Shown one piece after another: positions 22,538-31,620 of a stretch of DNA of 64,000 bases. Source of the DNA: an uncultured virus (IMG/VR IMGVR_UViG_2630968395_000002) (lineage: Duplodnaviria; Heunggongvirae; Uroviricota; Caudoviricetes). Every line of letters begins with the position of its first letter. The first letter of the stretch is position 1. The notes under the pieces are model-generated. The model had not been told where the DNA came from and ran no database searches. It saw only the letters and a program-made list of their open reading frames with translations. The position numbers and the translations under genes were made by a program. The DNA lies in IMG/VR virus record IMGVR_UViG_2630968395_000002; one strand, written 5' to 3'.

Positions 22538-23224
22538 ATGGCAAGTACTTTAGCTGAAAGGGTCAGCGAAAGAAGGTCAGCGTTGAATCTTAGTCAGGAA
22601 GAATTGGCAAGGAAATCAGGCGTGTCTAGAGTAGCTATAAGTAAAGCTGAGTTAGGGCTGACAAAAAACTTTAATGGCAATACGCTCTTTAATATTGCCC
22701 GTGCTCTTTTATGCAATCCAGAATGGCTTCAGACGGGAAAGGGAAATCCTGAATTACAATCCACATCCAGCGCTAATTGGGATGCGAATGTAAAAGAAAA
22801 TAAAGACTCGCACCCATTACAATCCTATGAGTATCCCAAAATCAGTTGGGTTAGCGCGGGAAATTGGTCAGAAGCCATTGAGCCTTATAGTCTTGATGAA
22901 ATAGACGAGTGGGTAACCACCACTAAGTATGCTGGACATAATGCCTTTTGGCTTGATGTTAAAGGGGATTCAATGACCTCTCCTGTGGGCTTAACCATTC
23001 CTGAAGGTATGTCTATATTAGTCAACCCAGATGTTGAACCCACCTCAGGTAAATTAGTTATCGCCAAACTAACCGATGGTAATGAGGCGACATTCAAACG
23101 CTACATTGAAGATGCTGGCAATAAATATCTCAAGCCTCTGAACCCCCAGTACCCAATGATAGAAATCAATGGTAACTGCCGAATTATCGGTGTTGTTGTT
23201 GAGGCTAAATGGGAAAATTTATAA
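22538..23224 (+). CDS. cI: CI repressor (HTH + S24 peptidase)
   Basis: LSQEELA HTH; VSAG cleavage site; VKGDSM and ATFKRY catalytic Ser/Lys. Confidence 0.95.
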   Translation: MASTLAERVSERRSALNLSQEELARKSGVSRVAISKAELGLTKNFNGNTLFNIARALLCNPEWLQTGKGNPELQSTSSANWDANVKENKDSHPLQSYEYPKISWVSAGNWSEAIEPYSLDEIDEWVTTTKYAGHNAFWLDVKGDSMTSPVGLTIPEGMSILVNPDVEPTSGKLVIAKLTDGNEATFKRYIEDAGNKYLKPLNPQYPMIEINGNCRIIGVVVEAKWENL

Positions 23225-23234
23225 GGAAAAAACA

Positions 23235-23852
23235 ATGTATTGTATGAAATGCAGCGCATCAATTGAGCCACATAGCAAATTTTGTTCATCTTGTGGAACT
23301 CAAGTAAATCAGTTAAATCAGGCAAAGCCATCAGACCCTTGGGTCAGTGATTCACCTAAAAGACAACAAACCATTATTGATGCAAAACCTATCGCGACAA
23401 CAGAAAATGGCGTTATGGCTTTTATCAAAAAATGGGGCACGAGAGCTATTATTCTCATTGTTGCCACTATTTTTGCTGTTCTTGGCAAAGATCTAGGTCG
23501 CGCGCTAACAGATAAATCAGATAATGCCTCAATCTGGGAAAAAGCCGTACCCGCATTTGCTGAAGAAAAAATTAAACTTGGCATCCCTAGACGTTTGGAT
23601 GACAACACCCTTTTAACTGATATGTTTGTCAAAGACAAAAGCATTAATTACATATATAAAATCAATGATATGAGTCCTGATTACGAAACAATTGTACATG
23701 TTAAAGCCATTGCTAAAGAAAGTTTTACCCATGCACTATGCGACAATATTCTTATCGATAAATATCAAGGCGCTGCTAACTATATTTACCAATTCCCATC
23801 AAAAACATTAACCGCCACCTTTAACAAATCAGACTGCCCAGCCGTCCGCTAA
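23235..23852 (+). CDS. Zinc-ribbon, single-TM membrane protein co-transcribed with cI
   Basis: CMKC...CSSCG zinc ribbon; TM AIILIVATIFAVL; C-terminal domain with two Cys. Confidence 0.75.
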   Translation: MYCMKCSASIEPHSKFCSSCGTQVNQLNQAKPSDPWVSDSPKRQQTIIDAKPIATTENGVMAFIKKWGTRAIILIVATIFAVLGKDLGRALTDKSDNASIWEKAVPAFAEEKIKLGIPRRLDDNTLLTDMFVKDKSINYIYKINDMSPDYETIVHVKAIAKESFTHALCDNILIDKYQGAANYIYQFPSKTLTATFNKSDCPAVR

Positions 23853-23907
23853 TATCCCCTCACTCCTCCAGAAAAACCACATGTAATGGTTTTTCACAAC
23901 CATATCC

Positions 23908-23999
23908 GAAACTAAAGTATCAGATCCTGCTTGACGCAATCCGAAACTATAGTTACATTTAAATCCAAGAACAGGACTATCACCCGAAACAATGGGTAC
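23908..23999 (+). promoter_or_regulatory. OL region: PL and operators
   Basis: TTGACG-17-TACATT (23931-23959); GAAACTAAAGTATC 23908, GAAACTATAGTTAC 23943, GAAACAATGGGTAC 23986 match the OR operators. Confidence 0.8.
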
Positions 24000-24011
24000 G
24001 CTCTTTAACAA
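23999..24011 (+). promoter_or_regulatory. nutL boxA
   Basis: Consensus CGCTCTTTAACAA downstream of PL. Confidence 0.85.
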
Positions 24012-24129
24012 ACAGGTTAAGTGACACAAAACGGTCCGCGTGTACCGGTCACGGCTCAGCTAAACCACGAATTACCAGTGTGCCTTCCATGAGGGTATAG
24101 CGGTGATAGACACAACTGAGGACTGACCA

Positions 24130-24375
24130 ATGGCCACCACATCTCGTCAAAAACGTATGGCAAAAAAACGTAATGCCCATATCCAGGCACTGGCAAATCG
24201 GGGAACTAACCGTGTTGAAAGAGCAGTATTAGTGATGGTGCGGAGTAAACTGATACCGGATATGCCAGCCATCACCAACAAGTCCCGCACTTCAGCAGAT
24301 CCAGAGAAACGCATTGCAGCAGTTGCCCGCCAGAAGATGCGTGGTTGCAGTCAGTTACCTCGCGGCGTGCGTTAG
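24130..24375 (+). CDS. N: Early antiterminator N
   Basis: Arg/Lys-rich N-terminus; RVERA and ARQKMRG resemble lambda N RVESA and GRQKIKG; first PL gene. Confidence 0.8.
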   Translation: MATTSRQKRMAKKRNAHIQALANRGTNRVERAVLVMVRSKLIPDMPAITNKSRTSADPEKRIAAVARQKMRGCSQLPRGVR

Positions 24376-24409
24376 GCGTTAACTATCAAGAAAGCAAAGT
24401 CAAACCATC

Positions 24410-24442
24410 GGAGCTACAGCTTAGGCTGTGGCTCTTTTTTTT
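24410..24442 (+). terminator. tL1
   Basis: GGAGCTACAGC-TTAG-GCTGTGGCTCT + T7. Confidence 0.85.
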
Positions 24443-24459
24443 ACCTTTAAGGAACCAAA

Positions 24460-24729
24460 ATGAGCAAATTATCAGCAATTAACATGCAGCAGATTGAATC
24501 TTCCCAGATCCATAGCATCGGCCATGACTCGGTAAGTAACACTCTGGCGATTCGCTTTAAGTCGAAAGGTGAACCTGCTGCGCTCTATCACTACAAAAAT
24601 GTATCCGCTGATGAATACGCAGCGTTCTCTGGTGCCGAATCAATTGGCTCCCACTTCTACCGCAATATTAAAGCGGATACCGATCGTTATCCGTTCCAAC
24701 GCATTAACGAAAAGAAAGACGACGAATAA
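24460..24729 (+). CDS. KTSC domain protein
   Basis: ESSQIHSIGHD...LAIRF...YHYKNV...AESIGSHFYRNIK. Confidence 0.88.
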   Translation: MSKLSAINMQQIESSQIHSIGHDSVSNTLAIRFKSKGEPAALYHYKNVSADEYAAFSGAESIGSHFYRNIKADTDRYPFQRINEKKDDE

Positions 24730-24776
24730 GTGGTTTTACCGCTGCCCCTGTACGCGGGGGCTTCGGCAAAACCACT
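24729..24776 (+). repeat. Structured intergenic element, copy 1
   Basis: 48-nt long hairpin; homologous copy at 25261-25308. Confidence 0.7.
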
Positions 24777-24790
24777 CACTGAGAACTACT

Positions 24791-25006
24791 ATGAAAACTT
24801 TAATCTCAATCAACGCCGCAGACCGCCACGAAGCTCAGATGAAAGCAGAGCAAGCCGCCGAAGCACTCGACAAAGCGCACGCACTGGCTAACCTGATGAA
24901 CGCGCATACCGGCCAGATGCCGATTGCCCAAATCACCGCTATCTTTGCGTGCAACCCACCACTAGCGGCACATATCCTCTGCAAAAAGGTTAGCTCTCAT
25001 AATTGA
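24791..25006 (+). CDS. Hypothetical protein
   Basis: ATG after the structured element; 71 aa helical. Confidence 0.6.
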   Translation: MKTLISINAADRHEAQMKAEQAAEALDKAHALANLMNAHTGQMPIAQITAIFACNPPLAAHILCKKVSSHN

Positions 25007-25260
25007 ATGAGAACACGTTCCGTCATCTGACCTTAAAAACTAACCGCGCCACGGATGACGACCTTCTGGGACTACCGATATGAAAAAGATTTATTTAGGA
25101 AAAGTGTTTGTTCCCGGCGCTTCTACAGTTGGTTACGGTCGTGTTCGCATTCTTTCTCGCAAGGAAGTTGGGCATTTATCGTTTCGCCCTATCGCTGTTG
25201 CGGTTCACTGGTGTTTGAGCGGTTACATTACTAACGAATGCGTAACTGAATCCTTCAGTA

Positions 25261-25308
25261 AGTGATTTTACTGCTGCCCTTGCGCGCGAGGGCTTCGGCA
25301 AGTTCACT
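25261..25308 (+). repeat. Structured intergenic element, copy 2
   Basis: Same fold as 24729-24776 with compensatory changes. Confidence 0.7.
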
Positions 25309-25327
25309 ACCGATAAGGAATAAGACT

Positions 25328-25606
25328 ATGAGCACCAGTAAGTATCGATGCGAAAAGTGCAATAAATTTAAGCAATTTGATCGGTCGATGCTGAAAGTTG
25401 GCGACAAGGTTGAATTCACCAAAATATCAAGTAATGGTCGGTCAGTTCGCATGTCGTCCGTAACCGGTAAGATTATCTTTATTGATGGTGACAAAGTGTC
25501 AATTAACTATAGAGGCACTTTATGCCGGAAAAGCCTAAATGAAGTAAATCCGCTAGATGCTCCATCTGGATTGTCGTACGCAATGATAGGGATTTGTATC
25601 TGTTAA
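25328..25606 (+). CDS. Hypothetical Cys-containing phage protein
   Basis: SD TAAGGA; CEKC...LKVGDKV...CIC. Confidence 0.65.
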   Translation: MSTSKYRCEKCNKFKQFDRSMLKVGDKVEFTKISSNGRSVRMSSVTGKIIFIDGDKVSINYRGTLCRKSLNEVNPLDAPSGLSYAMIGICIC

Positions 25607-25632
25607 TAGAGATATTCCCCGTAACGGAAAAG

Positions 25633-26100
25633 ATGAAGACCATTGAGGAAAGTATATTGGACACATTAAAAGTTAAGACTCCAACCAACCCAAGTAGAAC
25701 CGCAACTGCCCGAGTGAAAAACCCCCTTCCTGCTCCTACTAATTGCCTTTTTTGTTCAGGTAACGTTCACGTCGCCACGCACCAGCAAGTCTATGGCCGC
25801 GACTACAGCGACTGGCCTTACGTCTATTTATGCCAAGGCTGTGGTGCGTATGTGGGCCTACATCCATTCACTGCTATTCCTTTAGGGACTCTGGCAGATA
25901 AGGCAACCCGACAAGCCAGAAAATCATGTAAAACCCCGTTTGAAAATATCTGGCGCTCAGGGCATATGTCCCGCTCTCAAGCATACGGTTGGTTAGCGGC
26001 GAAAATGGAGATCCCCACAGAGCAGTGTCACTTTGGTTGGTTTGATATTAAGCAGTGCCAGCAAGCGAAGCAGATATGTGAAGGCCACTCCCCAACCTGA
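25633..26100 (+). CDS. DUF3268-like zinc-finger protein
   Basis: CLFC...YLCQGCGAYVGLHP...PLGTLAD...CHFGWFD. Confidence 0.85.
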   Translation: MKTIEESILDTLKVKTPTNPSRTATARVKNPLPAPTNCLFCSGNVHVATHQQVYGRDYSDWPYVYLCQGCGAYVGLHPFTAIPLGTLADKATRQARKSCKTPFENIWRSGHMSRSQAYGWLAAKMEIPTEQCHFGWFDIKQCQQAKQICEGHSPT

Positions 26101-26115
26101 TCTATGAGGTGCATC

Positions 26116-26442
26116 GTGAATGAATACAACTATCAGCGAATGGCTGAGCAATCGCTGGAACAGTATGACCGCATATTACTGTCGGATCCCAACGAGCAAG
26201 AGGAATTAGACAAGCGGATTGAGTTTCTACGCCGCAATTCAAAAATGCTCAACGCCTTTAAATCCGCTGTCCAAAATAGCTGTTTTGTTGCTGGAGCGAG
26301 TACCGGCCACCTTGAGTTACTTACCGAAACTGCCGCTATGGAACTTTATCTGGATGAGGTACAGGAGGAAATATTTCTCCGGGTTGCCAAGGCCGAGCGA
26401 GCAATGGAATTAGACGCTGAGAAAGACCACCTACTCCAATAA
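26116..26442 (+). CDS. Hypothetical protein
   Basis: SD GAGG before GTG; acidic helical ORF. Confidence 0.65.
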   Translation: MNEYNYQRMAEQSLEQYDRILLSDPNEQEELDKRIEFLRRNSKMLNAFKSAVQNSCFVAGASTGHLELLTETAAMELYLDEVQEEIFLRVAKAERAMELDAEKDHLLQ

Positions 26443-26473
26443 AGAGAAAAGCCCCAGCGATTAAGCCGGGGCT
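26441..26473 (-). terminator. Minus-strand terminator inside the plus-strand PL operon
   Basis: AGCCCCGG-CTTAATCG-CTGGGGCT + TTTCTCTTT. Confidence 0.7.
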
Positions 26474-26582
26474 ATCCCAGGAGTGCGGGACCAACCGCAA
26501 ACCTACTGAGGACTGAACAATAACCACGAGGATTATTATCAGCGTGGTTGAGTGACCAAACCCAACCATGGGAAAGCATACC

Positions 26583-26732
26583 ATGACTATTGAATTCATC
26601 AAGACACTCCAGTATCGCCATCGTGTGACTGGTGACGACATTAACCAGTATCCCCGCCAGTCTGGCCTGAAATTCTTCTTCGCATGCGTTTTAGGCGCGT
26701 TCATGTTTCTTGCTATCGCTGTCAAAATTTGA
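26583..26732 (+). CDS. Small membrane protein (49 aa)
   Basis: MTIEFIKTLQYRHRVTGDDINQYPRQSGLKFFFACVLGAFMFLAIAVKI; C-terminal TM; alternative in-frame ATG at 26568. Confidence 0.65.
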   Translation: MTIEFIKTLQYRHRVTGDDINQYPRQSGLKFFFACVLGAFMFLAIAVKI

Positions 26733-26742
26733 GGACTGACCA

Positions 26743-27585
26743 ATGACCACTCAAGCAGTAACAACCAATCTTCCACCCGCAGTGGTGGGGTTGAATATTG
26801 ATGAACCCACCTGGAACGCACTGAAAAATAGTATTTACCCTGGCGCTAAAGATGATTCAGTCATCATGGCGGTGAGTTATTGCCGCGCCCGCCAGTTAGA
26901 TCCGCTGATGAAACCCGTGCATTTAGTGCCAATGAGCGTGAAAGATGCACTAACCGGTAAATATGAAATGCGCGATGTGGTGATGCCCGGCGTTGGCTTA
27001 TATCGCATACAGGCTGACCGTTCCGGTAACTATGCCGGAGCGCAAGAGCCAGAATTTGGCCCAGATCTGACGCAAGCCTTTAATGGAGTAGAAATCACTT
27101 TCCCTCAGTGGTGCAAATACACACTGAGCAAACTCATGCCTAACGGCACTATCGTGGAATTCAGCGCAAAAGAGTACTGGCTGGAAAACTATGCCACCGC
27201 GGGTCGTGATACCCAGGCACCCAATGCTATGTGGAAAAAGCGGCCTTATGGGCAATTAGCCAAATGTGCCGAAGCGCAGGCATTGCGTAAAGGGTGGCCA
27301 GAAATTGGTCAGCAGCCAACAGCGGAAGAGATGGAGGGTAAAAGTCTTGATGTGACTGAAACTAAAGAACACAGCCAGGGCAGCCAACAACCTACCCAAC
27401 CGCAAGCACTACCAGAATATAGCGCGGAACAATTTCAACGCGCTCTGGCTGATTGGACAACGCTGATCAATAAGGGCAAGAAAACCGCTACGCAAATCAT
27501 CAACACCATCGAAAGTAAATACACCCTCACCCCGGCACAAATTAAAACAATCGAACATCTGGAGGCAGAAGATGCAAATCATTAA
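26743..27585 (+). CDS. bet: Phage single-strand annealing recombinase Bet
   Basis: LDPLMKPVHLV...YRIQA...MWKKRPYGQLAKCAEAQALRK. Confidence 0.9.
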   Translation: MTTQAVTTNLPPAVVGLNIDEPTWNALKNSIYPGAKDDSVIMAVSYCRARQLDPLMKPVHLVPMSVKDALTGKYEMRDVVMPGVGLYRIQADRSGNYAGAQEPEFGPDLTQAFNGVEITFPQWCKYTLSKLMPNGTIVEFSAKEYWLENYATAGRDTQAPNAMWKKRPYGQLAKCAEAQALRKGWPEIGQQPTAEEMEGKSLDVTETKEHSQGSQQPTQPQALPEYSAEQFQRALADWTTLINKGKKTATQIINTIESKYTLTPAQIKTIEHLEAEDANH

Positions 27586-29176
27586 TGTTCAACAAGGTAC
27601 GCAAGAATGGCACACATTACGTAGCCGCCACTTTACCGCCAGCGAAGCCCCAGTAATGATGGCAACTTCCAGCAAAATGCGCCGGGATGAATTGCTGAAC
27701 ATGAAGGCCACAGGATCGGAACGAGAAATCAGCGATTGGGTACAAACAAACTTGTTTGATAAGGGCCACGCGCAGGAAGCCACTGCGCGGGTAATCGTAG
27801 AATCCATTATCGGTACCGAATTATTCCCAGCCACGGCCATCGATGATGATGGCTATTTGTTAGCTTCCTTTGATGGTATGACCATGATGGAAGATGTGCT
27901 GTTCGAACACAAAATGTGGAATGCCACTCTGGCGCAAGCAGTAGCAGATAAAGATTTGCCGCCAGAATATTACTGGCAGTTGGAGCAACAACTTGCCGTA
28001 AGTGATGCTGAAAAAATCATTTTTGTAGTATCGGATGGCACCAAAGAAAACTTTGTCTGGATGGAATATTTACCAGTACGCGGGCGGCGCAAGGAATTGA
28101 TGGCAGGTTGGCAGCAATTTGAGCAGGATTTAAACGGTTACACAGCCCCTGAGATCAAAGATATCCCGCAAGGCAAAGCCTTGATGCGCCTCCCCGCTTT
28201 ATTGGTAGAAATCGAAGGCGCAGTAAAAGAGTCAAACTTGGCGGTCTACCAGAATCAGGCACTGGCCTTTATTCAATCTATCAATACTAATCTGGTGACC
28301 GATCAGGACTTCGCTGACGCAGAAGAAACGGTTAAGTTTTGTGAAAAGGCCGAGAAAGAACTGGATCTGATTAAGCAGCAGGCGCTGTCTAAAACTGAGC
28401 AGATTGATCTGCTGTTCCGCACCATTGATACCTTGCGTGATGAAATGCGTAACAAGCGGCTGGACCTGTCGAAACTGGTTAAGTTGCGCAAAGAGGCTAT
28501 TCGCCTTGAGATACTGAACAAGGCAAAAACCGCTCTTGCCGAGCACATTTCCAGTATCAATAAACAGTTGGCGATTGTCACTCTACCCACTATCCCGGCT
28601 GACTTTGCCACGGCCATCAAAGGCAAGAAAACCCTCACGTCTTTGCAAAGTGCCGCCAACGATGAACTGGCCCGAGCCAAGATAGCCGCTAATCAAGTGA
28701 GTGAAAAATATCAGGCCAATTTAACGCTATTTACTGATATTGAACCGGCTTATAAAAACCTGTTTGCTGACATCAACCAAATAATCGGCCTTGAGCATGA
28801 ACATTTAGCGCTGATGATTGAGCAACGCATTACCAGGCAAAAACAGATAGAGGAACAGCAGAGACAGCAAGCAGAGCAACAACAGGAAGAATTGAAAAAA
28901 CGGCAACTGGCCGCCGCAGCGGTCACAACTGAAATCGTCGCTGTAAGCACTGCTACAACTGCCCATCAGCCGTTGCACCCCGCGGGAGCAGTGAGTTTCC
29001 CTGAACAACTGGGTAAAACGACAAATGAAACAAAAATAGCAACGCCAGTTGACCTGATTGCACAGATTAATGCTGATTTGGTTACGGCAGGCATTGATCT
29101 TACTACTGAAACAGTTTACCGCCTGTACCAGGCGGTAAAAGCTGGTCGGATCCGCTATTTCTCTATCACGCAGTAA
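27572..29176 (+). CDS. YqaJ-like exonuclease with coiled-coil extension
   Basis: QGTQEWHTLR...TASEA...LASFDG...FEHK...YYWQLEQQL. Confidence 0.9.
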   Translation: MQIINVQQGTQEWHTLRSRHFTASEAPVMMATSSKMRRDELLNMKATGSEREISDWVQTNLFDKGHAQEATARVIVESIIGTELFPATAIDDDGYLLASFDGMTMMEDVLFEHKMWNATLAQAVADKDLPPEYYWQLEQQLAVSDAEKIIFVVSDGTKENFVWMEYLPVRGRRKELMAGWQQFEQDLNGYTAPEIKDIPQGKALMRLPALLVEIEGAVKESNLAVYQNQALAFIQSINTNLVTDQDFADAEETVKFCEKAEKELDLIKQQALSKTEQIDLLFRTIDTLRDEMRNKRLDLSKLVKLRKEAIRLEILNKAKTALAEHISSINKQLAIVTLPTIPADFATAIKGKKTLTSLQSAANDELARAKIAANQVSEKYQANLTLFTDIEPAYKNLFADINQIIGLEHEHLALMIEQRITRQKQIEEQQRQQAEQQQEELKKRQLAAAAVTTEIVAVSTATTAHQPLHPAGAVSFPEQLGKTTNETKIATPVDLIAQINADLVTAGIDLTTETVYRLYQAVKAGRIRYFSITQ

Positions 29177-29220
29177 CCTTTCATCACCTGCCTCGACAGG
29201 CAATTCACAGGTAATTAATC

Positions 29221-30360
29221 ATGACCACACAGGCCACCACTGCCAGTGTGCTGGAGTCATCCCTGCGTCCAGTTCGGGCGCAGTTAGACCTTGCCATTGA
29301 GCAGACTACCGGCACCGCACAGCGCTCTATCGAGAGCGCTACTGTTTTACTCAACCAAACACAGTCCCTATGTATTGAACAACTCAATATCGAGACTGAC
29401 GAATACAACCTTTTATTCGACCGTTTAGAGAAAGCTGAGAACGACCTAACCACGAAATCCTTGGCATTAACGCATGTACAGGAACGCATAGAAAGCGCTG
29501 ACCTGGTAGCCGCTGAAGCGAATGCCCAGAGAGACAGTATTTCAGCCAAATACAACCTTTCAATTTCTGATCAACGCGTGTTGGCCACTGAAGTGAATCG
29601 GTTGAAATCACTTAACCCTGAAAAAATGAAAATCCAAATCGTGCGGCTGAAAGATGAACTGGACAACAAGCGCACGCTGTTAAACCAGCAATTGACGGAA
29701 ATCCGGCGGTATAAAAAAGAGGCGGCAGAAAGAACCAGCAAACTGGCGGCCATGGTCAATGTTAACAACCAACTGGCTAATACTGTTTCAGACCTTACCG
29801 CACGGATCCAGCGCATGGATGGGGACGTCGAGCCCACTTATTACCGTGGTAATGATGGCACTGAGTTTTACTTTTACACCTTTCAGTGGGGGTTGAAGCT
29901 CCGCTCTGGTGATTATGATATGCAGCTTATTAACGATATTGACTGGCATATTGAAATCCGTTCCACCACGGGTATTGGCCTGATCGTCTCTGTTAATGAG
30001 TGGGCATTGCCGGTCTACCCCATGGTTGATGACTTCAAACGGAACTGGCCGGATGGCCTAACGCCTGCTGTTACACAGCGCATTCGTGACCTGCTTGAAC
30101 CAACTCACCCGCACCTGGTTAAGCGGGCGGAATGGGCAGAGTCTGTGCTTACCGAAACTCTCCCCTTGAAAGAGCAGTATTTAGAACTGCTGGCCCGCTC
30201 TGGGCTCCATTCATTGTTTGATGTTGTTCGCCGAACGCCTGACATGTTGGCTAATGCAGTCAAAGGTTTCGGGATCGCAAGCGCTCGCCAAGTGCATGCT
30301 CAATGCACCCGAATCGTAAAAGAGTGGGAATCAGAGCAGAAACAGAAGGAAGCCGCATGA
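29221..30360 (+). CDS. Coiled-coil protein with a C-terminal RNAP alpha-CTD/HhH-like domain
   Basis: ~200 aa coiled coil; LARSGLHSLFDVVRRTPDMLANAVKGFGIASARQV. Confidence 0.7.
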   Translation: MTTQATTASVLESSLRPVRAQLDLAIEQTTGTAQRSIESATVLLNQTQSLCIEQLNIETDEYNLLFDRLEKAENDLTTKSLALTHVQERIESADLVAAEANAQRDSISAKYNLSISDQRVLATEVNRLKSLNPEKMKIQIVRLKDELDNKRTLLNQQLTEIRRYKKEAAERTSKLAAMVNVNNQLANTVSDLTARIQRMDGDVEPTYYRGNDGTEFYFYTFQWGLKLRSGDYDMQLINDIDWHIEIRSTTGIGLIVSVNEWALPVYPMVDDFKRNWPDGLTPAVTQRIRDLLEPTHPHLVKRAEWAESVLTETLPLKEQYLELLARSGLHSLFDVVRRTPDMLANAVKGFGIASARQVHAQCTRIVKEWESEQKQKEAA

Positions 30361-30785
30361 TGGATGAGGAACTAAACCTGAGCACCGGCTGTTATTTTAA
30401 GGAAGATGACAGAGGAGACCACACCGCTTGCATAATCTGGTTAATGCGCAGCCGCGCAGAGATCCGCAGCGGGAATCCCTACCTGCCAATGCCAAAACCG
30501 ATTTATCACAGTGATGAACGATGGCGCGGCTTACCCCAGGTGGATACGGTCGATATCGGTATTCGTAAGCGCTACTCATTGGAAATTTTGTTGGCTATTT
30601 ATCAGTTTCACCGCGCTGGCCACAATGAAAACTTGATTGCCAGCGATACCGGTATTCCGGTGACCACTATCCGCAAAATGCTGGAGCACAAAACCCAAAA
30701 CCAGCGCAAAGCATGGCAACTGGCGCACCAGCTTCGCATCCCCTCCAAACGAGACATTATCAACCGATTAATACGGGAGGTTTAG
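30357..30785 (+). CDS. Hypothetical HTH protein
   Basis: IASDTGIPVTTIRKML HTH; ATGA-coupled. Confidence 0.65.
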   Translation: MMDEELNLSTGCYFKEDDRGDHTACIIWLMRSRAEIRSGNPYLPMPKPIYHSDERWRGLPQVDTVDIGIRKRYSLEILLAIYQFHRAGHNENLIASDTGIPVTTIRKMLEHKTQNQRKAWQLAHQLRIPSKRDIINRLIREV

Positions 30786-30787
30786 TT

Positions 30788-31012
30788 ATGACCGGTCAAT
30801 GCAAAGAAAGGCCGATTTTATTTAATAGTGACATGGTTAAGGCCATTTTAGATGGTCGCAAGACGCAGACGCGGCGGATCATGAAGATTCAGCCATCAAA
30901 TGATTTTTATCCGCTTAGCTGTACAGGTGAAATCGATTTTGATGCTCGTTGGTATTGTCCGGGAGTGGTGGATACTCCAAAAAGCAATAGAAGAGCATGG
31001 TGGCGATATTGA
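30788..31012 (+). pseudogene. Truncated ASCH/morphogenetic-like phage protein
   Basis: KERPILFNSDMVKAILDGRKTQTRR N-terminus but only 74 aa. Confidence 0.55.
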
Positions 31013-31021
31013 GCCAATACC

Positions 31022-31258
31022 ATGAAAATCGCAAAAGGCCGGGCGACGGTATGGGAACACGCTGCCGAGGCCAATATGCAGGAAACCATCAGGAAGATTG
31101 CAGCATTATTTGATATTGATGATATTGCCATTTTCACCCCCGGTAAGCTGACCTACCTCAAAAATAAACCCCGTAAATATATCCGTATCAGGCCATTAGA
31201 AAGTGATGTGGTTATCAATCCAATAACTGGCGCTCATAGAGCTAAGAAGGGAACGTGA
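31022..31258 (+). CDS. Hypothetical protein
   Basis: 78 aa ORF in operon direction. Confidence 0.55.
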   Translation: MKIAKGRATVWEHAAEANMQETIRKIAALFDIDDIAIFTPGKLTYLKNKPRKYIRIRPLESDVVINPITGAHRAKKGT

Positions 31259-31412
31259 ATAAAGGTTCTAAGTTAAAGCACCCAAATGTCATTACTGTTA
31301 AAAAGCAGGTTAATAAAGTAAATACTTGGTTTAATCGATTTAAATAATTCCACCCTCTCAACTCCCAGTCATTACTCATTATATATCACCCCACAGTCTG
31401 GGATTTATTTAT

Positions 31413-31432
31413 TCAATCAATCAATCAATCAA
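31413..31432 (+). repeat. (TCAA)5 microsatellite abutting an SD
   Basis: TCAA x5 followed by GGAG. Confidence 0.85.
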
Positions 31433-31443
31433 GGAGTAATCCC

Positions 31444-31620
31444 ATGTTTGGATTGTTTCTATACGTCTGTTTTACATTTCAGCCCTGCAAATATGAATCA
31501 CAGGGATATATATATCCTGACCAAAGTAATTGCCTTGCTGACATCCAGCAAGAAGGTTTGCCGCCTGAATATGTTTGTTTGCCAGTTGAAGGCGTTTTAA
31601 TGGCGAGGATAAAGCAATGA
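31444..31620 (+). CDS. DUF1482/YebW-like small protein (58 aa)
   Basis: MFGLFLYVCFTFQPC...IYPDQSNC...CLPVEGV; SD AAGGAG. Confidence 0.75.
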   Translation: MFGLFLYVCFTFQPCKYESQGYIYPDQSNCLADIQQEGLPPEYVCLPVEGVLMARIKQ

